From: a virus | Taxonomy: Duplodnaviria > Caudoviricetes | Reading direction: 5' to 3' (one strand) | Length of the DNA: 50,655 nt | IMG/VR virus record: IMGVR_UViG_3300037459_000262 | Span: 1 to 50,655 of that record | Shown here: positions 37,793-48,348 of the stretch, piece after piece | Layout: the number at the start of each line of letters is the position of its first letter | How positions within the stretch are numbered: position 1 is the stretch's first letter | Made by a program: the position numbers and the translations under genes | Notes under the pieces: model-generated | The model's database searches: none | Seen by the model: only the letters and a program-made list of their open reading frames with translations | What the model was told of the DNA's origin: nothing

Positions 37793-38119
37793 TCATTTTT
37801 TCATTTTCTTTACAATATTACAAGCACATTGATGGCATATCAAACTGTTAATTAGTCTGTAATATTTTTTTGATGGCATTGTAGCATAGATCAAACCGCT
37901 TTTTAACCTCACTTTTTTTCCTTTTTTGAGCAAACTAACACGACATATTGTACATGTAAGCCACACTTCATGACATTTATGATCTTTTGTAAATAACTGA
38001 TAACATTTTGGACATTGTTTTAGATCAGATTCATTTTTTTGGTGTGCATTACTATATTCATCAATTTTCTTTGGTTCTTTTATTTTGTCTTTAATCAATT
38101 CTTTAACCTTAGCAGTCAC
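37793..38119 (-). CDS. Zinc-finger protein (108 aa)
   Basis: CPKC..H.C, CTIC, CHQC. Confidence 0.5.
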   Translation of the reverse strand: MTAKVKELIKDKIKEPKKIDEYSNAHQKNESDLKQCPKCYQLFTKDHKCHEVWLTCTICRVSLLKKGKKVRLKSGLIYATMPSKKYYRLINSLICHQCACNIVKKMKK

Positions 38120-38352
38120 ACTTTTTAAAAATTATGAACTATAGTACCAGGGGTTAATTTAATTTTAATATTAAGTGGGGGTACCCTCAAAAAAAAATTC
38201 AATATTTTTTATTTAATACAAGGTACTGGGTAAAATGAATATGAAATGTCCAAGGTGTCAGAAATATGTTGCACCTTGTTACAAATCATGTTTATGTGGA
38301 TTTAAGGTACAATAGATATACAATAGCAATTTAGGTTTACATTCAATAATTA

Positions 38353-38601
38353 TTGTATCCAATCGTATCAATCAAGAGTATCAATTCAATGTATGCAAAA
38401 TTATATTTTCATGAGTCATGTAAGATGACAAATTATTTAGAAGATCATGTAAAAATGATGGCATTGCGAGCAACAGCAAAAAAATTTCCCAATGGATCTG
38501 TTGATTATATCCTAAAAGGACTAGATGAAGGATGGGTTGAGGCAATAGATGAATTAAGAGAAGAAATGAAATCAGAACAAAAGTTTGTAACTAAATTTTA
38601 A
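38353..38601 (+). CDS. Hypothetical protein (likely start ATG 38425)
   Basis: ORF track; the listed start overlaps a palindrome copy. Confidence 0.35.
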   Translation: MYPIVSIKSINSMYAKLYFHESCKMTNYLEDHVKMMALRATAKKFPNGSVDYILKGLDEGWVEAIDELREEMKSEQKFVTKF

Positions 38602-39234
38602 GGGTACCAGATTGATTTAATGTTAATGTAAAGGGTACCCTTAATTTTAAAATTCAAAAAATTTGGATTTACTTTTAGTTCATGTGAATGCAGGTAGTCA
38701 ATTTTTAATCCGTTTGTATAGTATTTGCCTCGTGCCTTTTTTTGTAAGTAGGCCTGACACGAGACAAACAACTAGGAGTTAAGCGTACAAATTATTAATT
38801 TAACTTGTTATTAAAAATTTAGTATGGTACCAGAACGTTAATGCAGTTAATGTAAAGGGAGGTAACCCAAATTTTAATCCGTTTCTTGAGAGGGGCGTAA
38901 GATGTACATTTGGGACTCCTTGCTTTATGACACTCCTTTTTTTAATGAATGGATGGGTATAGGTGAATAACTCAGAATTTAATTATTATAATTAATCAAG
39001 CTTAGGCATGATTAGGCGTGATCATGCCATGAATTATAGAAAATTCATGGAAAATCTAATTGCATACCCCTTAGGTTCAGATGACACTAAGGGTATGATT
39101 GGGGGTAGGGTGGCTATAAAATAATTTCATTCGCTCGATAGGTGTCATTATTAGACAATTTAACATAATCAAATAATGTCATTTTTAACATAAATGTCAT
39201 TAATAGTTAAATGATGACACACAATAATTAAAAC

Positions 39235-39417
39235 ATGAATCTAATTGATGCCATTACTGAATTAATTAACAATAAATCAAAAAAGGAAAATAATCTTACT
39301 AGCGAGTTATTATTAAATATCTATCAAAAGGCTTCACTATCAGAGAAGGAAATTATTAATAAAATGTTTTGGTGTTTAACTGATATTCAATTTGACACAA
39401 TTTTAAAAGAATTATAA
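39235..39417 (+). CDS. Hypothetical protein, resembles 48348..48566
   Basis: ATG start; shared ELI...Y..A....K..I...F.C....(F/L)DTI pattern. Confidence 0.5.
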   Translation: MNLIDAITELINNKSKKENNLTSELLLNIYQKASLSEKEIINKMFWCLTDIQFDTILKEL

Positions 39418-39518
39418 TTATTAGACATGGGTTTAAGAGAATTTCAAGAGTTATTTAAATAAGAAAAGATCAATAATGCGATAATATCTTATAGTATAAG
39501 ATAGTATAAGATAGTAAT

Positions 39519-39734
39519 ATGATAACACAACAAATATCAAGAAATGAATTTATCCGTAAATTCAATGAATTAGATGTTACAGCCAAAACAGCAATTTTAT
39601 TAAAAGCTGGTGTAACAATCGAAGAATCAAAACAAATAGACACAGACACAAACGCAGCCGAAATAGTCGAAAATTTCACAGATGGTACAGAGTTGATCCA
39701 CAACATATGGAATATAATGGAAGATGAAAATTAA
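39519..39734 (+). CDS. Hypothetical protein
   Basis: Preceded by an early-promoter-like sequence; TAATG-coupled to the next ORF. Confidence 0.5.
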   Translation: MITQQISRNEFIRKFNELDVTAKTAILLKAGVTIEESKQIDTDTNAAEIVENFTDGTELIHNIWNIMEDEN

Positions 39735-39949
39735 TGTCTCATCCTTGTAATGTTTGTAAAGTTGTTAATATTAGCTCAGAAAAAACTAAAATTCGTTGTG
39801 TTCAATGTAATGAAGACTTGAGCGAATGTGTAAAAATGACAAATATGAATTTAGAGCAATTCACAAAAAGACAATTAGAGAGAATAGAAATTTTAAAACT
39901 TTTACCAAACGAGATCCAAAGAATGCAAAAAAGAGAGGATGAAAGCTAA
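39734..39949 (+). CDS. Small zinc-finger protein
   Basis: CNVC...CVQC. Confidence 0.5.
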   Translation: MSHPCNVCKVVNISSEKTKIRCVQCNEDLSECVKMTNMNLEQFTKRQLERIEILKLLPNEIQRMQKREDES

Positions 39950-40097
39950 TGAATAAAGCACAAATCATTAAAAACAACAAAAAAGAGAGATCACAAGCTT
40001 ATCAAGATTATAAAAACGGTAAAATTGATCTTATAGCATATGCCCACATAGTAAATAATATCACATACTCTGAAGAAGCACAAGGGATCGAATACTA

Positions 40098-40253
40098 ATG
40101 GATAAAAAAGTAAAAATAACAACAACGATCACAGAAGCTAATTTTAAAACCATACGAACAAAAGCAGAAAAGATCGCCAAGGCTGCAAATGAACCAATTA
40201 ATTTATCGATGGCATTAAGAGCTATATTAAATGAGTATGAACGCATAAAATAA
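40098..40253 (+). CDS. Ribbon-helix-helix (CopG/Arc-like) DNA-binding protein (51 aa)
   Basis: Below the track cutoff: MDKKVKITTTITEANFKTIRTKAEKIAKAANEPINLSMALRAILNEYERIK. Beta strand, helix, then the S..LR.IL helix. Confidence 0.55.
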   Translation: MDKKVKITTTITEANFKTIRTKAEKIAKAANEPINLSMALRAILNEYERIK

Positions 40254-40299
40254 TAAATTTTTCAAAGCTCGTCTAATGGTCCATATAGATCACGCTAGG

Positions 40300-40830
40300 C
40301 CAAAAAAAAAATTTTTATTTATCGCTGAGTCAAAAAACAAAATTTTTCAAGCTCAATGAAGCTCAAAACAAAATTTTAGCTAGTCATAAAATCAAAAAAT
40401 GAATTTTTATCTACTCATACAAACCTAAAACAAAATTTTAGCTACTGTATGAGCTAAAAAACAAAATTTTAAGTTATCACAAAATCTCAAAACAAAATTT
40501 TTCAATCAGGCCAGGAGCTAATAACAAATTTTTATGATTAGGAACAACCACAAAACAAATTTTTTCAAACTCATAAAATCAAAAAATGAATTTTTACCTA
40601 CTGTATAAGATGAAAAACAAAATTTTTGATCCTTATAAAATCACGATTTTAATTTTTTACATATACACGCAGCATCAAAACAATTTTTTAAGAATACACG
40701 CAAGCTCAAAACAAAATTTTAGGTTTACATGCGAGCTCAAAAAAATTTTTCAAAAGCACTAAAAAATTTTCGTGGGTAGACAAAATTAGAAATCAAATTT
40801 TTTAAAGCACGTAAACGAAATTTTTAATTT
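40300..40830. repeat. Phased AAAACAAAATTTT array, ~31-bp period, ~15-18 copies
   Basis: A-to-T junctions at 40312, 40343, 40374, 40404, 40436, 40467, 40498, 40529, 40560, 40591, 40623, 40653, 40684, 40717, 40746. Non-coding. Confidence 0.85.
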
Positions 40831-41151
40831 TTTATTTTTACATGAAATTTAAGAGAATTTCAAGTTTTGTTTAAATATCAAATATCTAATAATGCGTAAC
40901 TGTTTTAAGTAAATATGATACATACTAATTAATGGAAAGTAAAAGACTTTTAGAAAAAACAAACATCAAAACCGATAAATTTTTTCAAAAAAACCTCAAG
41001 ATGTTAATAAATGGAGAGATCATAAAATGGTAAATCTCTCAAATAACATTACAGATTTAGAGTTTAACGACTCAATTTGTAATTGTTCAATAATCATCCA
41101 CAAAACAAATGAATGTCATGCTAACAGCTTGCAAGATATTTTAAATGGTCC

Positions 41152-44100
41152 ATGTATTATGGAGACAAAAAATTAAAAATGTCTCTTTTACTATTAGAAC
41201 CAGAAGACAAAGCTATAATTCATTGTGCTTTATGGCTAAATCAAAACGAATTTTTTAAAATAATGAATTTAGTTGAATTAAATCAGATTCATTATGAAAT
41301 AATTAACCAATTTACGGAGGCTTTAAGAAATTGAGCGTAATTTATCAAGACGATCCCCAGGCATTAGAAAAATTAGGTGTAAAACTTGAGAAATTAGAAA
41401 AAGAAAAAGCATATTGGAAAGGAATTAAAAAAAATAAGCCTCGAAAATATGATCAATCACCTGAAGATCAAAGATGGTATATGTTAACAAATGTCACAAC
41501 TAGAATAAGAGAAGTAAAAAAGAAAATAGAAATTATTGAAAACAGAGAAAAAAACGGTAAAGAATTAGTGAGAAATACAACTTTTAAAGATGGTCGTAGA
41601 TGTTTTTTCTTTACAGAAATAGATAAGGAGGCTAAAAACTAATGAGTCAAATTTTAAAGCCTATTGAAGATTCTTTATGGTATTCAAAAGATCCTTATAA
41701 TTTCAGGAAATTAAATCTAGAAATTGATAGAATAGAGACAGAAAAACAAATTGATCAATATTCTATTAATACAAGTATGGAAATAATAACAGATTCAGAA
41801 ATTGGGCATAATTCATTTAGAACTTTTTTTAAAGTCCATTATTCTATTTCTTGGAGTCATACAAAATATTTTGATATTAACAGAAAAACCAAGAAATATG
41901 AACATTATACAGAAAATAGATTATTTAATTTCGCATCTGTTAAAGTCTATTTTCAAAAGGAAAATAAATCTAAAATCAAGGCCCAAATTAAAAGAATTTT
42001 AGATAATGAAATTAAAGCAGACATGGTTTTTTATGAAAAACATCAAACTATAGAAAAACCAGCTTATTTTGATTATTCAGAAAAATCTGATATTTTAGAG
42101 AAAAAATTGGAGGCTTTAAACTAATGTCTCAAAAAATGAATTCACATATTGAGACTTTAAAAAATATTTTTGGGGATAAATCAAAAATTGAATTATTAAA
42201 TGATCCAAATTTTGTTACATCATATAAAATAACAACTAATGAAATTCATAGAGAAATTTTAACTGCATTGGGAATATTTACATTTTCAATTATGAGTTTA
42301 AGGCCCATTAGTAATAAAATTGAGATTATAGTTGAGATCAAGGAGGCTTTAAAATAATGTCACAAGATGGTATTTTTTCAAGTAGATGTTTTAACATGTC
42401 TGGATTAGAATTAGATGAAAAAGGAAAAATCAAAGATAAAGGTCAAATTTTTTATGGAGCTGATTTTGTTTTAAAAAATTCTGTTTTTGAATCTAATAAA
42501 GCAGGTGATTATATGTTAATCATTCAATCTGTGAGAAATGGAGAACAAACAAAAAATAAAATGCTCAAGGCCAAAACTGAAAGATCAGCAAGAATAGAAA
42601 TTAATAAAATAAATTCAATGTACAAACACCAAAAACCCCGTTTTATTAATCGTGATCAATATTTAGCAAAGCTGAAAGATCAAAAAGAAAAAGCAGGAGG
42701 TATTCACAATTGAATAAAAGAGAGATAAAAAAAGAGATCAAAAGACTCTCAAAGTTTATCATAATAGCTTCAATTGAAAATCCTTTGAATTTGGACCAGG
42801 AAAAACAAAAGCTTGCAGAATTGCAGGAGGAATTAAAAAAATGAGTAATCAAATTTTATCAACTAGTGATAAGGCGTGTAAAATTTTACAAAATACTCAA
42901 GATGGGGATAATTTAAGCCCTAATCATTTAAAATTATTAGAAAACGCCATTAATGGATTTTTAAATGAAAATGGGCTTAAAGTATTCAATGAATTATATG
43001 AAAAAATAATCAAAGATGGATATACTAAGCCGTGGTTTATGGGCCTTGAAAATTTTACACAAGATTTGGAAGGATATGTGTATTATAAAGGAGTACATAT
43101 TGAACATTATTCATTTAGTGATTATGATGAGGCATTAAAGGCTTTAAAGAAATTAGAAAAAAGATGTCTATATCTAGAATCAAAGGGAATTAAACCAGAT
43201 TCAATTAATGCTATATGGAAATGGAATAAGCAGGAGGCTGGATTTTAAAATGATCCATTATGATGTTAAATTCATTTTTGATAATGATAATTCTAAACAT
43301 TTATCATATTATGTTGAAGCCTCAGACATTATAGAAGCTGAAAAACTAGCTTTTAAAAAATTAGGCACAATGGGCCAAAATCATAAAACATCTTGTGAAA
43401 TTACGCCTATAGTTTTAAATTTCACAATAGGAAAACCAGATAAAAAATATAATAATTTTAAGGACCAATTAGCAGACGATCCCAAAATTATCGAATTAGC
43501 TGCAATGTATTTGAGAGGAGATCAAAAAATCAAAGATGAAATAAAAAACAAGCTAGAAAAAATGTTTGAATCATTAGGTAATGAATATCAAAAACAAGCT
43601 ATTACCACATTAAAAGCGGTGGTAGGCATTGCTGCAATTCATGACTATATGAAATACGGTAAAAAACCATACTTGATCGAATGGTTAAAGGAGATTAAAA
43701 ACTAATCATGACAGAAATTTGTTTTTATTTTAAATTAATTGAAAACACAGATTTTATTAAATGTAATTTATGCAATGATGAAATCGATTTAAACAAAAGT
43801 TTTGCATTACTTGAAACACACATGAAAGCAAAACATAAAGAAAAACAGTGGGATAAAGAACGCTTCATCATTGGAAATTCAGGAGCTAAAAACTAATGAT
43901 TAATCCAAATCAGCTAAAAATCGAGCTAGAAAAAGCAATTAAAAACAGAGAAGATAATGAATTGAATTTTAATTCTGAATTCCAAAAGGGGGAATTATCA
44001 GGATTTAAAGAGGTTCTAAGACGAATCAATCAATTTTTTAATGAATCAGAAAAATGTTCATTTTGTCAAAGTACCATTAATGTAATGCCTAAAACTGGAT

Positions 44101-44231
44101 CAGGTGTTGAATCTAATTGGGTTTGTTTAACTTGTGTAAATGAAAATAATATTGATGTTTTGCCTGAATATTTAGAAAATATTCAAAATTTTGGACATTG
44201 GCACAGACCACTAAGCGGAGATTTAATTTAA
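41152..44231 (+). other. Early-region operon of ~10 small hypothetical ORFs (41331, 41642, 42124, 42357, 42841, ~43250, 43708, 43896 etc.)
   Basis: Co-oriented, TAATG/ATGA-coupled, with GGAGG upstream of starts. No recognisable domains. Confidence 0.6.
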
Positions 44232-44423
44232 CATGAAAATAAAAATAAACCCTCATAAAAATAAGAGGCTGCATAACAAGGGAATGAAAAATTTAAAACA
44301 GCTTATTTTAAAATTTAACATTCCCTTGGAAATTATTTTTATAAATGGGCATATTATTTGAGCCTATTTTTTTTATTCTTATAGTGCGTAACACTTTAAT
44401 AAAAAACTGATACATAATAGAAT

Positions 44424-47243
44424 ATGAAAGTAAACCCAATACCAGAACAAGCGATCAAAGCAATTGAAAAAATTATTTATTCAGAAGATGGCGTTCAATT
44501 TATCGCATTAGGAAGTTATTGTTTAGATTTTAAAAAGAAATTCGCATTTTTAGGATTTACAAAAAATAAAACCAAAGTAATTTTAGGAGATATTCACACA
44601 TACGGCCCAAAAGGAGTAATGAAATATACTAAAAAATTTGGTAAAGTCGAATTTAGAGAAAATAGTAAAATTGTAGAAAAAAAAGTTGTTCCCTACAATT
44701 ATTATCAATTAGTTACAGATGGATATCGATATTCTGAAACTTTATGCGAGGTTACAAACTAATGATTCAAGAAACTATACACAAAATCACAGAAATTGAG
44801 ACAAACAGAAAATTCAAGCTAGAAAATGATTATGAAATTTATATAATTACAATACCTGATGAATTTTTAAAGATGACACCTAATCAATTATGGTTATTAT
44901 CTCATCAAATTACAGCCTTTGGTCATGGGTTCGGGCTTGATCATGGGCATATGATTTCGATTGACAAATGTGAGCCTCATCTATACAAATATGAAAGAAA
45001 AGCTAAAGTTTACAGAATTGATCCAAGTGTGCAGCAAAATAATTTAAAATCATTTACCTCATGGCTATGTGATTATAAAAAAAACTGGACTGATGGAATA
45101 GAATATGATTGTCATCCTCAAAGTTTTGATGATTTTCTAAATGATGAGAAAAATAATAATTGGTCCGAACGTCTAGAGATATTTTTAATGATTGTATTAT
45201 TGCAAAACATTAATTCACAAAATATTGAATGTTTACCCACTCAGAAAAAAATAGACTTGGAAAAAAAAGGGAGAATAAGTCATAATGACTGAAAATAATA
45301 TTTCACTTGAAAAAATGGAGATTTTAAACTAATGAAAGTTATTTCAGAAAAAATTAGAAAATCTCATAACACTCATGAGTTTTATGAAAAAATTCAAAAT
45401 GTTTTAGAAAATGAGCAATTATTTTCAATCAGTGCTAATTCACACAGTACGGGGACCATTCAGATAAAAAGAATGGGGATTAATGGTGAATGGGAAACAC
45501 TAGAATATAATAATGAATTTCATATTAGATATTGGCGTGTTGATTTTCTTAAAGGAGGAGGAGAAGATCCAAATTTTAATGATGTTTGGAAATATCTTTT
45601 AAAACAAGTAAAACAGTATGCCGCAATTTTACCAAAATATCCAAAAGAGGTAAAAGGAGAAACATTAAATTGATTCGTCTTTATGAAATCAAGCCAGATG
45701 CCAAAGCACCACGCAAGGCAAAGAGAGGCAAAGAAATTACAAACGTTATGAATCAAATATATGAAATCATAAACGGACACTGGGCTTTTATTTCAGGCTA
45801 CAGTAAAAAAGGCAACGTAATAAGAATAGAAAGTGAGATGGGATTATTTCAAGATACCATTAACAAAGAAATAAGAGACAAAATATTAAGCCACAAACTA
45901 GCTTTAATAAATTGGAACGTGCTTAAACAATGGGATCACAATGGCATAGAGTGTGCAAACTTTGAATTTTCAACTGATGAGAAGGGCCGAACAATTCAAA
46001 AATTACACGGTCAAACATTTACAGAATTCTGTGATCAATTATTCGAGTTTGAATTATGTTCTGAATGTGGAGGAGATACTAAGGACCATGAGCCGAACAC
46101 GCTTTTAGGTAATTGGTTTGCACGATGTAAAATTTCAGATAACCCAAACTACAAAGTAAGGAGTCGTGAAAAATAATGGCTGAAAAATGGTTTATTTGTT
46201 CAGTTAAAATTAAAGCTGAAAATAAAGAACATGTTAGAGCATTACTTTACTCAAATGAACCTGGATTAGCTGAGGCATTAGACATAGATGAGGAAATAAA
46301 AAAATGAGTCATTTAATGCTAACCATTCCAAAAGAGGTAACTAAATTATTAAAAAAAATTGAAACTCTAGAAAAAAAAGAATCTGTATTAATGGAAAATT
46401 ATAATGGCATTGTTGCGACATGTGGTTATTGCCAAATTCCAGACATAGGCCATAGAACATTAGATAAGGCCATTGAAATAAGCAAAAAAAAATATAAAAT
46501 TTGGAAAGACATTAGAGGCTTTGTTTTTGGAGGTCTTACACTTTGGCAGCTTGGTATTAATTCAAAATATCCAGTTAGCATAAATGATAATTCTGAATTG
46601 TTACAAATTACCACAAAAGAGATTAAAAAGTTAATTGCATTAGGAGTGAAAAATCAATGACTACACAAAAACAATTAATTCAAAAATGGCAAGAAAAAAT
46701 TAAAGAATCACAAAATGATGGACAAATGCTTTTTGCAGTACAAGCTCATTCAAATTATATTCTCATTAAAAACAATACGCCAAAAAAAGCCCTTGAAAAA
46801 CTTAAAGAGCAATACAAAAAATATGGAGATATGGGAATTGCTATGTTTATCAAAGAAGGAATTGATGATTTAGAGGAGCTTTTAAAAAAATGAAATTTAG
46901 ATGGACCATACAAGAATTAGAAGAATCAAGTGATAGCAGAATTTTAAGAGGAATTTTATCTGAGCGAATGAGTGAGCTAAATTGTTATTCACCCTTGAAA
47001 AAAAGACTTCAAAAATTATACAATAAATTTGAAAATAAGGTAAACATGGAAAATCAAAACATAACTTTTGATATGTCAATACATGCAGACAAAGACTATG
47101 CAGGAAACCTTGTTACTCAACGCCTTTCTAATGAAAAAGGAAATGTTGATGAATTAGTTAATGACTTTGAGAAAATCATTAATGGAATTAAAATCAAAGA
47201 AGATGGGCTTTTAAGACTCAATATTTGGAGGTATGAATCATAA
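44424..47243 (+). other. Second early-region operon of small hypothetical ORFs (44424, ~44762, 45332, ~45670, 46304, 46657, 46890)
   Basis: Begins at a promoter cassette copy; tightly coupled ORFs. Confidence 0.6.
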
Positions 47244-47472
47244 TGAGTTTAGAAATTATAGATGATAAAATAAAGGAGACTGTAGATTAATGAAAATTGA
47301 CAAATGCAGTGATCAAGCTGTCTATATTACAATGGATGGATGGATATTTTACATTGACAATTCAACAAACGAGCAAATTGTCAAGAAATGGAAAGTCTCT
47401 GATGATTCTGTTATAGATGTTAAGAATGTTTTTGAATGTAAATGGATGCCTCAATCCAAAAATTGAGGAATA

Positions 47473-47543
47473 TTTTTTATTCTTATAATGGGTAACATTT
47501 AAGTATAAATCTGATACTTAATAAATATGAAAACACAACAAAT
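47473..47543 (+). promoter_or_regulatory. Early promoter cassette (copy 1 of a near-identical pair)
   Basis: 71-nt match to 50201-50271 with 2 mismatches. Contains TTAAGTATAAA about 25 nt before the ATG. Diverged copies near 44367, 40888 and 39473. Confidence 0.75.
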
Positions 47544-48348
47544 TGAAAAAGAAATTGAACACATGGATGAAATAGTTTTTTCAGAAAGCTCCAATACTGT
47601 TCAAGTCGGTTTTACTACTGACAAAAATACATTATTACAAATATCAAAATCAGTTGAATTATTAAAAGAAAATGATGCTACATTTACCCTTGATGAGGAA
47701 GGAATTAGTTTTCGTGGAATGGATCATTCTCATGTTGCATTAATTGATATTGGAATTCCAAATACTTGTTTTGAGAAATATTCATGTATTGAAAAACAAA
47801 AATTTGGAGTAAACATTATAGAATTTAGAAAATTAGTTTATTCTCTAGATAATAAAGGCAGTATTTCTTTAATTATCAAAAAAGAAGAAATTCTAATTTC
47901 ACAAAACGGTTTTAATGCAAAAATCAAACTTTTAGAACCAAGTGAAAAAGATTGTCCATTACCTCATATTTCATATGATGATAGTATGGTTATATTTTCA
48001 CCAGAACAAAATACAAATGCCATTGAATTTAAAAAAATTCTTGCAAAAATAAATACAATATCAGACCATATCACAATTAATTGTGATGATTCAAGAATTG
48101 TTTTTAGTGGTAGTGGTGATAGTGGCAATGCAGAAAAAACAATTGATAGAGAAGAATGTGAAATAAATAATAAAGAAGATTCTGAGACTACATACGGATT
48201 AGAGTTTATTATGGCATTTTTGAAAACTTTGTCAAAAAATTCTAATGTTGAATTAGGATTTAGTAAAGAAAGACCATTGAGGCTGCAAACAAAAATTAAT
48301 AATTTGGGTAGAATTGACTTTTACCTAGCACCAAGGGTTGAATACTAA
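47527..48348 (+). CDS. pcn: DNA polymerase sliding clamp (archaeal/eukaryotic-type PCNA)
   Basis: EEGISFRGMDHSHVALIDI...FEKY; YGLEF; PLRL...GRIDFYLAPRVE. Confidence 0.92.
   Translation: MKTQQIEKEIEHMDEIVFSESSNTVQVGFTTDKNTLLQISKSVELLKENDATFTLDEEGISFRGMDHSHVALIDIGIPNTCFEKYSCIEKQKFGVNIIEFRKLVYSLDNKGSISLIIKKEEILISQNGFNAKIKLLEPSEKDCPLPHISYDDSMVIFSPEQNTNAIEFKKILAKINTISDHITINCDDSRIVFSGSGDSGNAEKTIDREECEINNKEDSETTYGLEFIMAFLKTLSKNSNVELGFSKERPLRLQTKINNLGRIDFYLAPRVEY

Larger units (their letters stand above)
25317..38358. promoter_or_regulatory. Dispersed palindrome TTCAATAATTATTGAA, 7 copies
   Basis: Copies at about 25317, 27503, 32796, 33147, 33983, 36801, 38341, all between likely genes. Confidence 0.7.

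Noticed and set aside
38600-39230. tRNA or other known RNA gene in the non-coding region
   Set aside because: Hairpins are present, but no cloverleaf with T-loop/D-loop consensus was recognisable.
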